A stretch of 64,000 bases of DNA, from NCBI GenBank assembly GCA_038065415.1, contig JBBTRA010000005.1, forward strand, positions 8,079 through 72,078. Direction: 5' to 3'. A program made the position numbers and the translations under genes. The stretch comes from Patescibacteria group bacterium (GTDB lineage: Bacteria > Patescibacteriota > Minisyncoccia > Phycocordibacterales > PALSA-1337). This document shows, piece by piece, positions 1-9,615 of this stretch; the stretch's first letter is position 1; each line of letters opens with the position of its first letter. The notes under the pieces were generated by a model. It was not told the DNA's origin. It did no database searches and saw only the letters and a program-made list of their open reading frames with translations.

Positions 1-2
1 CT

Positions 3-1457
3 ATGCAGATAGCTTATGAAGGTCGTCTCACTGATTCTGGAGGTAATCCACTCGGCGGAACGGGCACGGTTTATTGTTACCGTTTTTCCATATATGACGC
101 AGCCACTTCAGGAAACAAGCTCTGGCCTGCGAGTACGCCCACACAGACGACAGCTACTACTACTGACGGCGTTTTCAATGCAATCATCGGACAAGCTGAT
201 ACGCTCAGCTCGACCATCTTCGATTTTTCTACGACATCCACAGCTTTCCTTCAGGTTGAGGTTAATACGACAACTTCTACCTGTGGAGGTAGTTGGGAAG
301 CGCTCTTGCCTCGTCAGAGCGTCCTGTCATCGGGCTACGCACTCCAGTCAGCCAATGTCTATGGCGCGCTCCTCAAGACTGACACGGTCAACAATCGTGT
401 ACAGATCGGTACTGGAGCAGGTACACCATCTCCAGTTTATCTTGGTCTCGACTTCCGTAACGCGGCGGACTATGTTGGACAGTCGTGTTCAACGAACGGT
501 CTCATGTGGTACAACTCCGCCACATCCCAAGCACTTATTTGTGAAGCAGGTACGATCCAGAAGATAGGATCAACAGGAACGACGACGATCTCAGCTATCA
601 ATGCGAACTCAGGCACCCCAGCGAGCGCAGGAACGATCAACTTCGACAATGCGAATGGTGTGACATTCGGTATCAATGGTAATACGGTTACTGCGAGCGT
701 CAATGCGGGTGGGGGAGGTGGTAACATGACTAGATATATTCCTGTGTATCAGGGAAGTTCGGCGAGTCAAACACTCGGCGCGATGGGAGTCACCAGCGGA
801 TCAGCGATGTTCTATCCGATAAATATTTCCACAAATATCGCGTTCAATGTGGTCAATCTTGTTGAAAACGTATCGTATGCAACTTCATCGATCTCTGGTC
901 AACAGACCATAAGTAGCCGATTTGGTATCTACTCGAACAATGCAGGGACACTCTCCTTGATTTCAAGCAATAGCTACTCTTTTGCTGTAACTAATAGTAG
1001 CGTTTCAGCGACATTGTCGTATCCATCTGCGACAGGTACGGCGGGGTATACGTATACCACAGTGAGCGCCTCCACCACTGCGCAGATCCACTCACTGTTT
1101 GGTACTGTCGGCTCGCGTATATTCGGTCTACAGTTCGGTAACAGCATGAGCTTGAGTCAGGGCATGTACTGGCTCGGTATTCATGAACGTAGATCATCCT
1201 CAAGCGCGAACGTAGGTCTCTCAGCCGGTCTTGTGGGAAATGTTGTCAACTTTAATGTTGCAGGACGTCTCGGTAGTGGTTCGACAGCATATACGGGTAA
1301 CTATTCTCACCATCAGCCATTTTTTGGATTCGGTCCTTATACAAGTACAGCGTCGGCTGGGTATGGGGGTACGAACATACCGACATCAGCGTTTCTCTCT
1401 GGATTTGCCCACACGGCAACTATATTGCCGATGATGACCTTTGCGAGCACGACATAA
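3..1457 (+). CDS. Large Ser/Thr/Gly-rich secreted surface protein, probably 5'-truncated by the window edge
   Basis: Begins with a 'YEGRLTDSGGNPL...FSIYDAATSGNKLW...DGVFNAIIG' module typical of CPR surface and tail-fibre-like proteins; poly-Gly linker; beta-rich C-terminal domain; no signal peptide within the window. Confidence 0.7.
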   Translation: MQIAYEGRLTDSGGNPLGGTGTVYCYRFSIYDAATSGNKLWPASTPTQTTATTTDGVFNAIIGQADTLSSTIFDFSTTSTAFLQVEVNTTTSTCGGSWEALLPRQSVLSSGYALQSANVYGALLKTDTVNNRVQIGTGAGTPSPVYLGLDFRNAADYVGQSCSTNGLMWYNSATSQALICEAGTIQKIGSTGTTTISAINANSGTPASAGTINFDNANGVTFGINGNTVTASVNAGGGGGNMTRYIPVYQGSSASQTLGAMGVTSGSAMFYPINISTNIAFNVVNLVENVSYATSSISGQQTISSRFGIYSNNAGTLSLISSNSYSFAVTNSSVSATLSYPSATGTAGYTYTTVSASTTAQIHSLFGTVGSRIFGLQFGNSMSLSQGMYWLGIHERRSSSSANVGLSAGLVGNVVNFNVAGRLGSGSTAYTGNYSHHQPFFGFGPYTSTASAGYGGTNIPTSAFLSGFAHTATILPMMTFASTT

Positions 1458-1470
1458 TTCATACGCTGAC

Positions 1471-2202
1471 ATGCAACAACCAGCCGTTATCACACAGAAT
1501 CTCAATCTCGGCATCCATAATGCTGATTTGCAGGCATCTATTGAGCGTCTCGATAAAGGGAAGACCTACCGAGATCTTTCGACGATCATTGTTTGTCCGA
1601 CGCGCGGGGTCATATCAGATCGTGTGGTTCAGGCGTGGATGGGACTCATTCGTCCGATGAATCAAAAGTGTATAGGTCCTATATTTTTTCGCGGGTACGA
1701 GGTAGGTCAGGCCTATAACATGGCTTTCAATTTTGTGCTCAACAATCCAGATCTTTCCCAATGGAAATATGTCCTCACTATTGAAGAAGACAACCTTCCT
1801 CCCCCTGATGGCCTGCTCAAATTGTACGAAAGCATGGATACCTACGATGTTGTTGGTGGCCTCTACTGGACCAAAGGAGAAGGTGGTCAACCAATGATCT
1901 ATGGTGATCCGGCAGTGGAGCCCGTCAACTTCATCCCGCAAAAACCGATACCCGATACTGTGCAGCCGGCGCGCGGGCTCGGCATGGGATTTAACCTGTT
2001 CAAAATCGATATGTTCAAAAATCCGAAGCTTATCCAGCCGTGGTTTGAGACACGACAGGAGTATACGGCAGGAGTTGGTGCAAAAATGTATACTCAAGAC
2101 CTTCATTTCTATGAAAATGCAGGCAAGCTCGGGTACAAGTTCGCATGCGATACGCGGATCAAGGTGGGACATCTTGATACAACGACGGACATCATCTGGT
2201 AA
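1471..2202 (+). CDS. Glycosyltransferase family 2-like (GT-A) protein
   Basis: IIVCPTRG, YVLTIEEDN (DxD-like), GLGMGFNLF, QDLHF...GYK...DTRIKVGH motifs; ATG at 1471 preferred to TTG at 1441. Confidence 0.7.
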   Translation: MQQPAVITQNLNLGIHNADLQASIERLDKGKTYRDLSTIIVCPTRGVISDRVVQAWMGLIRPMNQKCIGPIFFRGYEVGQAYNMAFNFVLNNPDLSQWKYVLTIEEDNLPPPDGLLKLYESMDTYDVVGGLYWTKGEGGQPMIYGDPAVEPVNFIPQKPIPDTVQPARGLGMGFNLFKIDMFKNPKLIQPWFETRQEYTAGVGAKMYTQDLHFYENAGKLGYKFACDTRIKVGHLDTTTDIIW

Positions 2203-2214
2203 GATATTACTTTT

Positions 2215-3195
2215 ATGAAAAAAATAATTATTATACAAGTGTCATTGATCGTCATTCTGTCGATTATGTTCTTGGTCTACTCTCGTAAAACTCCGGAGCA
2301 GCAACCTACGGTAGCCATCATCCCGTCCACATCTCTATCAGCAGATCGTACCGGCTACGAACGGTTCACATTGGTGAACCCAGCTGTTCGTGCGGATCTA
2401 GACAAGCATTACATAATCAATTTCAAAGATCTTCGTCAGCAATTGATCAGCATCCATGATAGGCAGAAGCATAAATCCTTTTTATATTTTGCGTATCTCA
2501 ACAATTCCTCATGGATCGGTCTGGAAGAAAAGGAGCTATTCCCCGCAGCAAGTACCGTGAAGGTACCTCTCGCCATGGCCATGTATCGCATGGAAGAGCA
2601 GGGAAAGATTGATCTTACGAAGACATATACACTCTCTGAACTCGATCTTGACGAGAATTTTGGCCAACTGTACAAAATAGGTTCTAATCAGAGTATTGCA
2701 GTGGAAGAACTCATCAGCATCATGCTTAAGTATTCTGACAATACTGCCATGAAAGCTGTTATCAGTGTTGCAGAACTTATCGGTATCAAAGATCCGCTCA
2801 AGGATGTATATGCTGCGATGGGGTGGGAATATAGCGATGTAACGAGCGATCAGGTTACATACATCAAGATCAATCTCAAGACGCTCTCGAATATGTTTAT
2901 TGCCCTGTATAATGCAAGTTATGTGAACATTGAGCATTCGCAACTGATCCTGGATCATCTGGCGAATACTGATTTTGATGAGATGATTGTTGCGGGTGTA
3001 CCGCAAAATATTACCGTTACCCATAAGATAGGAGTCAATGATCTCGAGTTGGCGTATTCTGATTGTGGGATAGTCTATGCTCCAAATCGTCCTTATATTA
3101 TGTGTGCGGGATCGTGGGGAGCACCCCCGAAAGATGCTCATAAGTTTATGAGTGAGTCATCCAAGGCTGTGTATGAATATGTTATAAATAATTGA
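2215..3195 (+). CDS. Membrane-anchored class A beta-lactamase-like serine hydrolase
   Basis: N-terminal TM helix; SxxK (ASTVK), SDN and HKIG (KTG-like) motifs. Confidence 0.85.
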   Translation: MKKIIIIQVSLIVILSIMFLVYSRKTPEQQPTVAIIPSTSLSADRTGYERFTLVNPAVRADLDKHYIINFKDLRQQLISIHDRQKHKSFLYFAYLNNSSWIGLEEKELFPAASTVKVPLAMAMYRMEEQGKIDLTKTYTLSELDLDENFGQLYKIGSNQSIAVEELISIMLKYSDNTAMKAVISVAELIGIKDPLKDVYAAMGWEYSDVTSDQVTYIKINLKTLSNMFIALYNASYVNIEHSQLILDHLANTDFDEMIVAGVPQNITVTHKIGVNDLELAYSDCGIVYAPNRPYIMCAGSWGAPPKDAHKFMSESSKAVYEYVINN

Positions 3196-3224
3196 CGATA
3201 CCAGTAAGTATATCCAGAAATAGC

Positions 3225-3773
3225 ATGAATAACCCATTCAAGAAAACAGAATCAAAAGGCATAAAGCTCGATGTCGCATGTGGGCAGAATAAGCGTGAAG
3301 GATTCGTTGGTGTGGATATTGCTCCGGGTCCTGGGGTGGACTTTGTATGGGACCTGGAAAAATATCCGTGGGAGCCGTTCAAAGACAATAGCGTTAAGGA
3401 GATCAATGTGGCTCATTATGCGGAGCACACCAAGGACTTGATGAAATTCATGGATGAGATTTATCGTATTTGTGAAGATGGGGCAAAGGTTACTATACAT
3501 GGACCATACTACACCTCTATCCGTTGTTGGCAGGACCCGACGCATACACGAGCTCTCTCAGAGGCGACCTGGCTCTACTATCAGAAGGGGTGGCGCGAAG
3601 CGAATAAGCTCTCGCACTATCCGATAGTGTGTGATTATGAGGTGACTAACATGGTGCTCTACTTCAATGAACCGTGGAACCAAAAATCAGAGGAGGCGAA
3701 GCAATTTGCAATCAAGCATTATTGGAATGTAGTTAGTGATATTATGGTCGAGCTCAAGGTGAAGAAGATATAG
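3225..3773 (+). CDS. Class I SAM-dependent methyltransferase (type 11-like)
   Basis: KLDVACG motif I, GVDI, WDLEKYPW, HYAEH, DPTH; ATG at 3225. Confidence 0.8.
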   Translation: MNNPFKKTESKGIKLDVACGQNKREGFVGVDIAPGPGVDFVWDLEKYPWEPFKDNSVKEINVAHYAEHTKDLMKFMDEIYRICEDGAKVTIHGPYYTSIRCWQDPTHTRALSEATWLYYQKGWREANKLSHYPIVCDYEVTNMVLYFNEPWNQKSEEAKQFAIKHYWNVVSDIMVELKVKKI

Positions 3774-3811
3774 CGTGAATAGTCCATGATCAAGAGAGAA
3801 TAACCAAGTAG

Positions 3812-4324
3812 ATGAGAAGAATTACCAAAAAAATAGAGGCACTGATTCGTACAAATACAGCACTCTTCTTTTTGTGCATCATTTCGATCGGTGTGTTGGT
3901 TTTGATATGGCGAGGACAAGGAGCGGGGGACAGACTAGAAAGTAATCAGGACTCTACAGCTCAAGTTCCTGTCGTCGCGGCTCTCAATGCTGGAGACCAG
4001 AAAAACGAGCAGGTTATCGCACCTGCTTTCAAGGGTATGCCCGACCCCGAGTCGTATACTTCGTTTGTGTACGAAGGTGAAGAGAGTCTGTCGGTGTCAA
4101 TCAAGTGTACTGATGATTTCAGTGTGGTGATGATATTCCCGATGGAGGTAGATTATCGTTCCGATGTGTTGTCAGCTCGGTACAATTCTGCGGAACCTTG
4201 TGTGAAAGGAGTGGCACGAACAGGGAAGATATCGATTCGTGGTTTTGGTCTTGAAGAGGGACATGAGTACTATGTAGTCAAAGCGAGTCAAGGAAAGAAG
4301 GGGATGTGGCACGATCCATACTAA
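3812..4324 (+). CDS. Hypothetical membrane-anchored protein
   Basis: 170-aa ORF with one N-terminal TM helix, co-oriented with the surface cluster. Confidence 0.6.
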   Translation: MRRITKKIEALIRTNTALFFLCIISIGVLVLIWRGQGAGDRLESNQDSTAQVPVVAALNAGDQKNEQVIAPAFKGMPDPESYTSFVYEGEESLSVSIKCTDDFSVVMIFPMEVDYRSDVLSARYNSAEPCVKGVARTGKISIRGFGLEEGHEYYVVKASQGKKGMWHDPY

Positions 4325-4394
4325 CCCTTGATTGTGTGGCAAACTTGTGCGCGAGATATGCACTGAGGATACTCATGCTATATAATGAGAAGCA

Positions 4395-6386
4395 ATGAAA
4401 TCGAAAATCTTGCTCACCAGCTCTTTTCTTGCAGTATTCTGCGCTCTCGCTCTACCGTTCTCAGCGAAGGCAGCCATAACTGTAGGCAATGTATCGAGTT
4501 CGGGGGATCATTTTGGAGCATCATCGAGAACATGGGCCCATACTCACGCGGCCGGGTCTGATGGTGTGCTTATTGTGACATGTTCGACTTTTGGTACTGG
4601 AGGGGCGATGACCGCGACATTCAACGGAGAATCCATGACAGAGATTGGTCAGGCGCGCATAGGATCGCAGGAAGGAGTCATTGTATTCGTGCTGTTCAAT
4701 CCGTCAGTGACGACTGCGAACATCGTTTTCACTATACCTGATGGGGGTGACGGGGTTTGTGCGGGGCTGTCGGCATATGGTGTTTCCAACTCTGTCGATG
4801 CGTCTAATATCACGACGATAGGTAGCGCGGTCTACCCGATGACAGTTTCAGCATCGGCCTCGTCGCCGAGCAGTCTCGTTGTATCCATCTTCCAGTCAGT
4901 TGTATCTCCCAACGTGAGCGTACCAGGGTCTCAAACGGAGTTCGGTCTCGGGTGTGGTAATGATGGTAACAACTACTGCTTAAGCTCATATTCGTTGTCT
5001 TCTAGCGCAGGGACTCAGACTCATACATATAACAATGGTGCGGCGAGTGCTGACACGGGCGCTATTGGCATGATAATTCTCAAGGAGAGCGGTCAGTCAA
5101 CGCTACCGCCTCCATACGCTTCTTCAACGAGTTTCTTCATTACACATAGGATGCTGAATATTGCCGGCGGTAATCCTGCCAACTCTTTCAGTAGCTCGAC
5201 TACCTTCAGGCTTTTGGGTGCGGGAGGACAGACCGCTATCGGATCATCGACATCATCGACATTCGGTATCGAGAGCGGTTTTTTGAGGAACCTCTACAAA
5301 GGACCTGCGCCAATTTATACCCAGATGCACTATCATTGGCGCAATGATGATGGGTCCGAGACTACCGCCACTTCGAAGACTAGTGGTTCACAGGATGCTG
5401 TACTCAGTACACTCGATGAATCTACGGGTGTGCGACTCCGTCTACTGATAAGCAACGAAGGAGGGACTCGATTGGCATATGCACAACAGCAACTTCGACT
5501 CGAGTACGGTTTGAAGTCGACGACGTGCGCGGCGATATCATCATGGACTGACGTCGGGGGAGTTGGTGGGGATTGGGATATGTTCAGCTCCGCAAATCTC
5601 ACCGAAGGAGGAAATACAACCAACATAGCTGTGGCCACGGGGGGTGTCGCAAATGAGAATGCCACATTCGTGGCTTCCAATGGCGGCATCCGAGACACTA
5701 CGAGCCAAACCTCGTCTGTGCCGGTATCTAGTGATTCCTATATCGAGCTTGAATATTCGATTCAGGCACTTACCGCGGCGACCGATAATGGCACCTATTG
5801 TTTCCGGGTCACCAATGCGGGAAGTGCGACCAACTATGCCTATCGGGTATACCCTGAAGCGACGATATCTTCACCTCTATCACTTACATTTGTTGTAGAT
5901 GGAGCATCTCAAGCATTTTCAGCGGTAACTCCGGGCACGCTTGCCGCGACCTCGAGCATACTGACGGTCAAGACGACAAATCCAACCGGATTCATAGCTA
6001 CGGTGGAAAGATCCGATGCGACCGGCACAATGTCTTCAGGTGCATTCTATATCCCTGATAAGACGGCATGGGTTCCTGGTGTGGCGACGACGACGCCAGG
6101 TAATGCCACTGCATCAACGACTCAACCGCTAACTTTGCAGTTTCGTGTCCGACAAACGGGGACTGATGTACCGAATTACGCTTCTTCATGGTGGGGGACA
6201 GCAGATACCACAGCGAGCGCTCTCTTCGCTGGGTTCCCCTCAACAGCAAGCACAATAGTTAACAGGTCGACCCCGGCGGCCGCCACAACTACATCGTATG
6301 TGCTCTACAACTTGAATGTTCCAGTCACTCAGCAAACAGGGACATATTCTGGTGACATCATCTACACAGTGACTGCAAATCCATAA
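4395..6386 (+). CDS. Large secreted protein with C-terminal WxL/pilin-like domain
   Basis: Signal peptide (AKA); C-terminal ~170 aa paralogous to 6482..7168; ends GTYSGDIIYTVTANP. Confidence 0.7.
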   Translation: MKSKILLTSSFLAVFCALALPFSAKAAITVGNVSSSGDHFGASSRTWAHTHAAGSDGVLIVTCSTFGTGGAMTATFNGESMTEIGQARIGSQEGVIVFVLFNPSVTTANIVFTIPDGGDGVCAGLSAYGVSNSVDASNITTIGSAVYPMTVSASASSPSSLVVSIFQSVVSPNVSVPGSQTEFGLGCGNDGNNYCLSSYSLSSSAGTQTHTYNNGAASADTGAIGMIILKESGQSTLPPPYASSTSFFITHRMLNIAGGNPANSFSSSTTFRLLGAGGQTAIGSSTSSTFGIESGFLRNLYKGPAPIYTQMHYHWRNDDGSETTATSKTSGSQDAVLSTLDESTGVRLRLLISNEGGTRLAYAQQQLRLEYGLKSTTCAAISSWTDVGGVGGDWDMFSSANLTEGGNTTNIAVATGGVANENATFVASNGGIRDTTSQTSSVPVSSDSYIELEYSIQALTAATDNGTYCFRVTNAGSATNYAYRVYPEATISSPLSLTFVVDGASQAFSAVTPGTLAATSSILTVKTTNPTGFIATVERSDATGTMSSGAFYIPDKTAWVPGVATTTPGNATASTTQPLTLQFRVRQTGTDVPNYASSWWGTADTTASALFAGFPSTASTIVNRSTPAAATTTSYVLYNLNVPVTQQTGTYSGDIIYTVTANP

Positions 6387-6481
6387 TAATCATGGCATGT
6401 GGATAAGTTATGTCCGAATTTTTCGTTACAAGCGTGCTATAATTGCGGTATTGTATTATAAATAGCTATTTTATCATCCTC

Positions 6482-7168
6482 ATGTCACTCTACACGTTCT
6501 TTTCCCGCAAGAGCTTAGCTCGCGATATCGTCACTTCGTTCGTGGTTACAGCGACCCTGTTCTCATCGATCATCTATGCAGTACAGGTCAACGCTGCAGC
6601 GGTCACTCTCACGGCGACGGTCTCTACCTCGCTCACCTTCACGACCTCGTCCAGCCAGTTCGGTACTGTGACACCGGGAACGATCGCATGGGCAACCACG
6701 ACGCTGGATGTGCTCACGAACGACACTGCGGGATGGTTCGTCACCCTCTCTGGTGACAACAAAACATCGGTTAACAATAACCTCCAGACTGTTGGTAACG
6801 CAGCCTCCTTCACCGATCAGACAGAGTGGGTTCCTGGAGCCGCTACTACCACGACTGGTAACGCTGTTGTCCGCGCATCTCTCGTCAACTCGGGCAATGT
6901 CCTCGCATTCCGCGTCATGACGGCATCGAGCTCGAATGGAACAGTCTTCACGGCTCCGAGCTGGTGGGGAACAACCGATGCTGATGGTACAGCTCGATTC
7001 GCGGGTATATCAAGCTCGACTGTTCAGCGTCAGATTGGTTACGCGGGAACAGGTTCATACAGCGCATCGAACCATATCAACACCGTACAGTACTATCTCC
7101 TTGCTTCAGCTAGCCAGCCAACCGGCTCGTACAGTGCGCCCTTGACATATACTGCCACAGGCAACTAA
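6482..7168 (+). CDS. Small secreted WxL/pilin-like protein
   Basis: Signal peptide (VNA), mature N-terminus AAVTLTATVSTSLTF, C-terminus GSYSAPLTYTATGN. Confidence 0.7.
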   Translation: MSLYTFFSRKSLARDIVTSFVVTATLFSSIIYAVQVNAAAVTLTATVSTSLTFTTSSSQFGTVTPGTIAWATTTLDVLTNDTAGWFVTLSGDNKTSVNNNLQTVGNAASFTDQTEWVPGAATTTTGNAVVRASLVNSGNVLAFRVMTASSSNGTVFTAPSWWGTTDADGTARFAGISSSTVQRQIGYAGTGSYSASNHINTVQYYLLASASQPTGSYSAPLTYTATGN

Positions 7169-7178
7169 ACTGCACCTT

Positions 7179-8114
7179 ATGACACTACGCTCCGCTTTCT
7201 CTGGTGTTCTGGTCGCCGGCATCGTCGGCTTGCTCTCCTTGGCGTTCATCTCGGTGCCTCAGTATGCACATGCGGGGACTGGCTTGACGATACAGCCGAT
7301 CAAGATATCTCAGACCATGAAACCGGGCGACTCCGTTTCGGGTAAGATACTCCTTTCCAATGCGAGTGAGGATGATGTGGTTGTGGACATATCCATACAG
7401 GACTTCATCCCGACAGCTGGCACAGAGACTTTCCAGTTCGTTGGAAGGGCACCAGGTGTCACCACGGTGCGCGATTGGATCAGCTTCGATGGGACCAAGG
7501 ATCAGTTCATATTCAAGAAAGGGGAGGCGCGCGAGATACCGTATACGATCCAAGCGCCCGCGAGCGCAGAGCCAGGTAGTCATTTTGGAGTACTCTTCTT
7601 CAAGGCTACTCGCGTACAGGATGCTGAAGCTCAGATCAAGGTTGGCACTCAGGTGGGTGTGCTCGTATTCGTGACTGTTCCAGGAAAATTCGAGCAGAAG
7701 GGCACGATCACCAAGTTCGGGGTACCATCGTTCGTGCAGTCAGGACCAGTTCCTTTCACGATGACATTCGAGAATCAGGGTACGGTCCATTTTGAGCCAA
7801 AAGGTACCATCGAAATTACGAATACATTTGGTACGAAGGTCGGATCAGTTCCTATCGAGGGATATGCGGTGCTTCCTACGGGAATAAAGGCAATGAATTT
7901 TGGTTGGCATGTGAATGGTCTTTTGCTCGGTAGATACAATGCAACAGCATCCGTGTATGATGTCGACGGCAATCTCTTGTCGACCGCATCCGCAAATTTC
8001 TATGCAGTGCCTATCTGGTACATGGTTGGATTTATCGTCACACTTCTTGTCATCTTCTTCCTCATCAGATTTGTTAAGACTCGACTCAAATTCAGCATCA
8101 GCCTCAAAAAATAG
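7179..8114 (+). CDS. DUF916/WxL-interacting-like protein with C-terminal TM anchor
   Basis: Signal peptide; PG...G.I.LSN, W(I)SF, P..AEPGSHFG, FENQGTVH.EP.G.I.I.N.FG motifs; C-terminal TM helix and basic tail. Confidence 0.7.
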   Translation: MTLRSAFSGVLVAGIVGLLSLAFISVPQYAHAGTGLTIQPIKISQTMKPGDSVSGKILLSNASEDDVVVDISIQDFIPTAGTETFQFVGRAPGVTTVRDWISFDGTKDQFIFKKGEAREIPYTIQAPASAEPGSHFGVLFFKATRVQDAEAQIKVGTQVGVLVFVTVPGKFEQKGTITKFGVPSFVQSGPVPFTMTFENQGTVHFEPKGTIEITNTFGTKVGSVPIEGYAVLPTGIKAMNFGWHVNGLLLGRYNATASVYDVDGNLLSTASANFYAVPIWYMVGFIVTLLVIFFLIRFVKTRLKFSISLKK

Positions 8115-8126
8115 CCTTGATTATGG

Positions 8127-9611
8127 ATGAAAAAACTCGCTTCACTCATTATCATAGCCGCGGTACTGATACCCCTCAGTCTGTACGCAAATAGTTTCAA
8201 CCTGACCCTCACCTTCTGTAACGGTCTTGATTGTGGAGATGTGACTGCGCCAAGTACTCCGACAAACCTCGAAGCAGAAGCGGTATCAACCTCGCAGATC
8301 AATCTCTCGTGGGATGCATCCATCGACCCTGGATTTCCGGCGCTGGGAATTCTTGGGTACAAGATATACCGCAACGGAGGGGGGACGGAGGTGGCGACTA
8401 CTACAGGTCTTTCATATTCGGATACAGGACTCGCTGATGGGACGCTTTACACATATACAGTGAGTGCGTTCGATGGTGCGTATAATGAAAGCGCTCAGAG
8501 CTCGAGTGTTTCTACTACTACACTATCTGTCCCTTCGGTCGCTCCAAATGCTTCGAATGGATCTCCTTCGGGAACTTTTGCGGCGGGAACAACAGAAACA
8601 ACATTGTCTCTGGCCACTGATATCGCTGCGACATGCAAGTATGGCACAGTTGCTGATACCGCATATGCGGCATTACCAAATACATTCAGTACCACAGGCG
8701 GCACCGCTCATTCGAAGCTTCTCAGTGGACTGGCGAATGGAGTGACGTATACATACTATGTTCGCTGTCAGAGCACCACGAATGTGGCTATGACAAGTGA
8801 TTATACTATCTCCTTTGCGGTAGCATCTGCTCCCGTCAGAGTACCTGGAGGTGGTGGTGGAGACAAAGATGAGTTGCCCTTGAGCCAGGTCAATGTCATC
8901 GTGCGAGGTATCGCCTATCCTGGTAGTACGATCAATCTCCTCAAAGATGGCTTGGCTGTAGCTAGCACCCAGGCTGGGCCTGATGCAAATTTCGAGATTC
9001 AGCTCTCTGGTGTAGGTTCGGGCACATTTACATTTAGCGTTTGGGCTATGGATTCTCAAGGCGTTCGCTCGACACTCTATCCGTTCACTGTCACCTTGAC
9101 GAGCGGAGTTACAACTGTGATCGGCGGAGTTTTCATACCTCCGACGGTCAGTCTCGATCTCTCCACTGTCAAACGGGGAGACCCTCTGCGCGTGCTGGGA
9201 CAGACGGTACCCAATGCTACGGTTTCGCTCATATTCCATTCTGATACCGAGATCATAGATCAGGTGGCAGCAGATGCTCGGGGAGTCTGGAATTATGTCC
9301 TCGATACGCTCAAGCTGGAGTACGGAGATCATACAGCGCAAGCTCGAGCGGCAAAGGCTACGGATATCAGCACCCTCTCCAAGACGCTTTCATTCAAGGT
9401 CGGCACAGTGAATATTCCGGTCAAAAAAGAAACAAGCGCCTTAATAGGCGACTATAATGCGGACAAAAAGGTTGACCTCGTCGACTTCAGTATCATGTTG
9501 TACTGGTATAAGCGCCCACTTGCAACTACGGCGCCACCGGTTGATCTCAATCGTGATGGAAAGCTCGACCTCGTCGACTTCAGTATCTTTGCTTATCATT
9601 GGACGGGCTAA
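8127..9611 (+). CDS. Secreted FN3/Ig-like protein with C-terminal dockerin domain
   Basis: FN3 (APSTPTNL...INLSW...YKIYRN...YTYTVSAFD); duplicated EF-hand-like dockerin segments GDYNADKKVDLVDFSI and DLNRDGKLDLVDFSI. Confidence 0.85.
   Translation: MKKLASLIIIAAVLIPLSLYANSFNLTLTFCNGLDCGDVTAPSTPTNLEAEAVSTSQINLSWDASIDPGFPALGILGYKIYRNGGGTEVATTTGLSYSDTGLADGTLYTYTVSAFDGAYNESAQSSSVSTTTLSVPSVAPNASNGSPSGTFAAGTTETTLSLATDIAATCKYGTVADTAYAALPNTFSTTGGTAHSKLLSGLANGVTYTYYVRCQSTTNVAMTSDYTISFAVASAPVRVPGGGGGDKDELPLSQVNVIVRGIAYPGSTINLLKDGLAVASTQAGPDANFEIQLSGVGSGTFTFSVWAMDSQGVRSTLYPFTVTLTSGVTTVIGGVFIPPTVSLDLSTVKRGDPLRVLGQTVPNATVSLIFHSDTEIIDQVAADARGVWNYVLDTLKLEYGDHTAQARAAKATDISTLSKTLSFKVGTVNIPVKKETSALIGDYNADKKVDLVDFSIMLYWYKRPLATTAPPVDLNRDGKLDLVDFSIFAYHWTG
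9474..9587 (+). repeat. 21-nt direct repeat (GACCTCGTCGACTTCAGTATC) encoding the two dockerin segments
   Basis: Identical copies at 9474-9494 and 9567-9587. Confidence 0.9.
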
Positions 9612-9615
9612 TACC

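Noticed and set aside
2215-3195. Calling the serine hydrolase an antibiotic-resistance beta-lactamase
   Set aside because: The fold motifs are present but the class A omega-loop ExxLN motif is not evident; function is unresolved.
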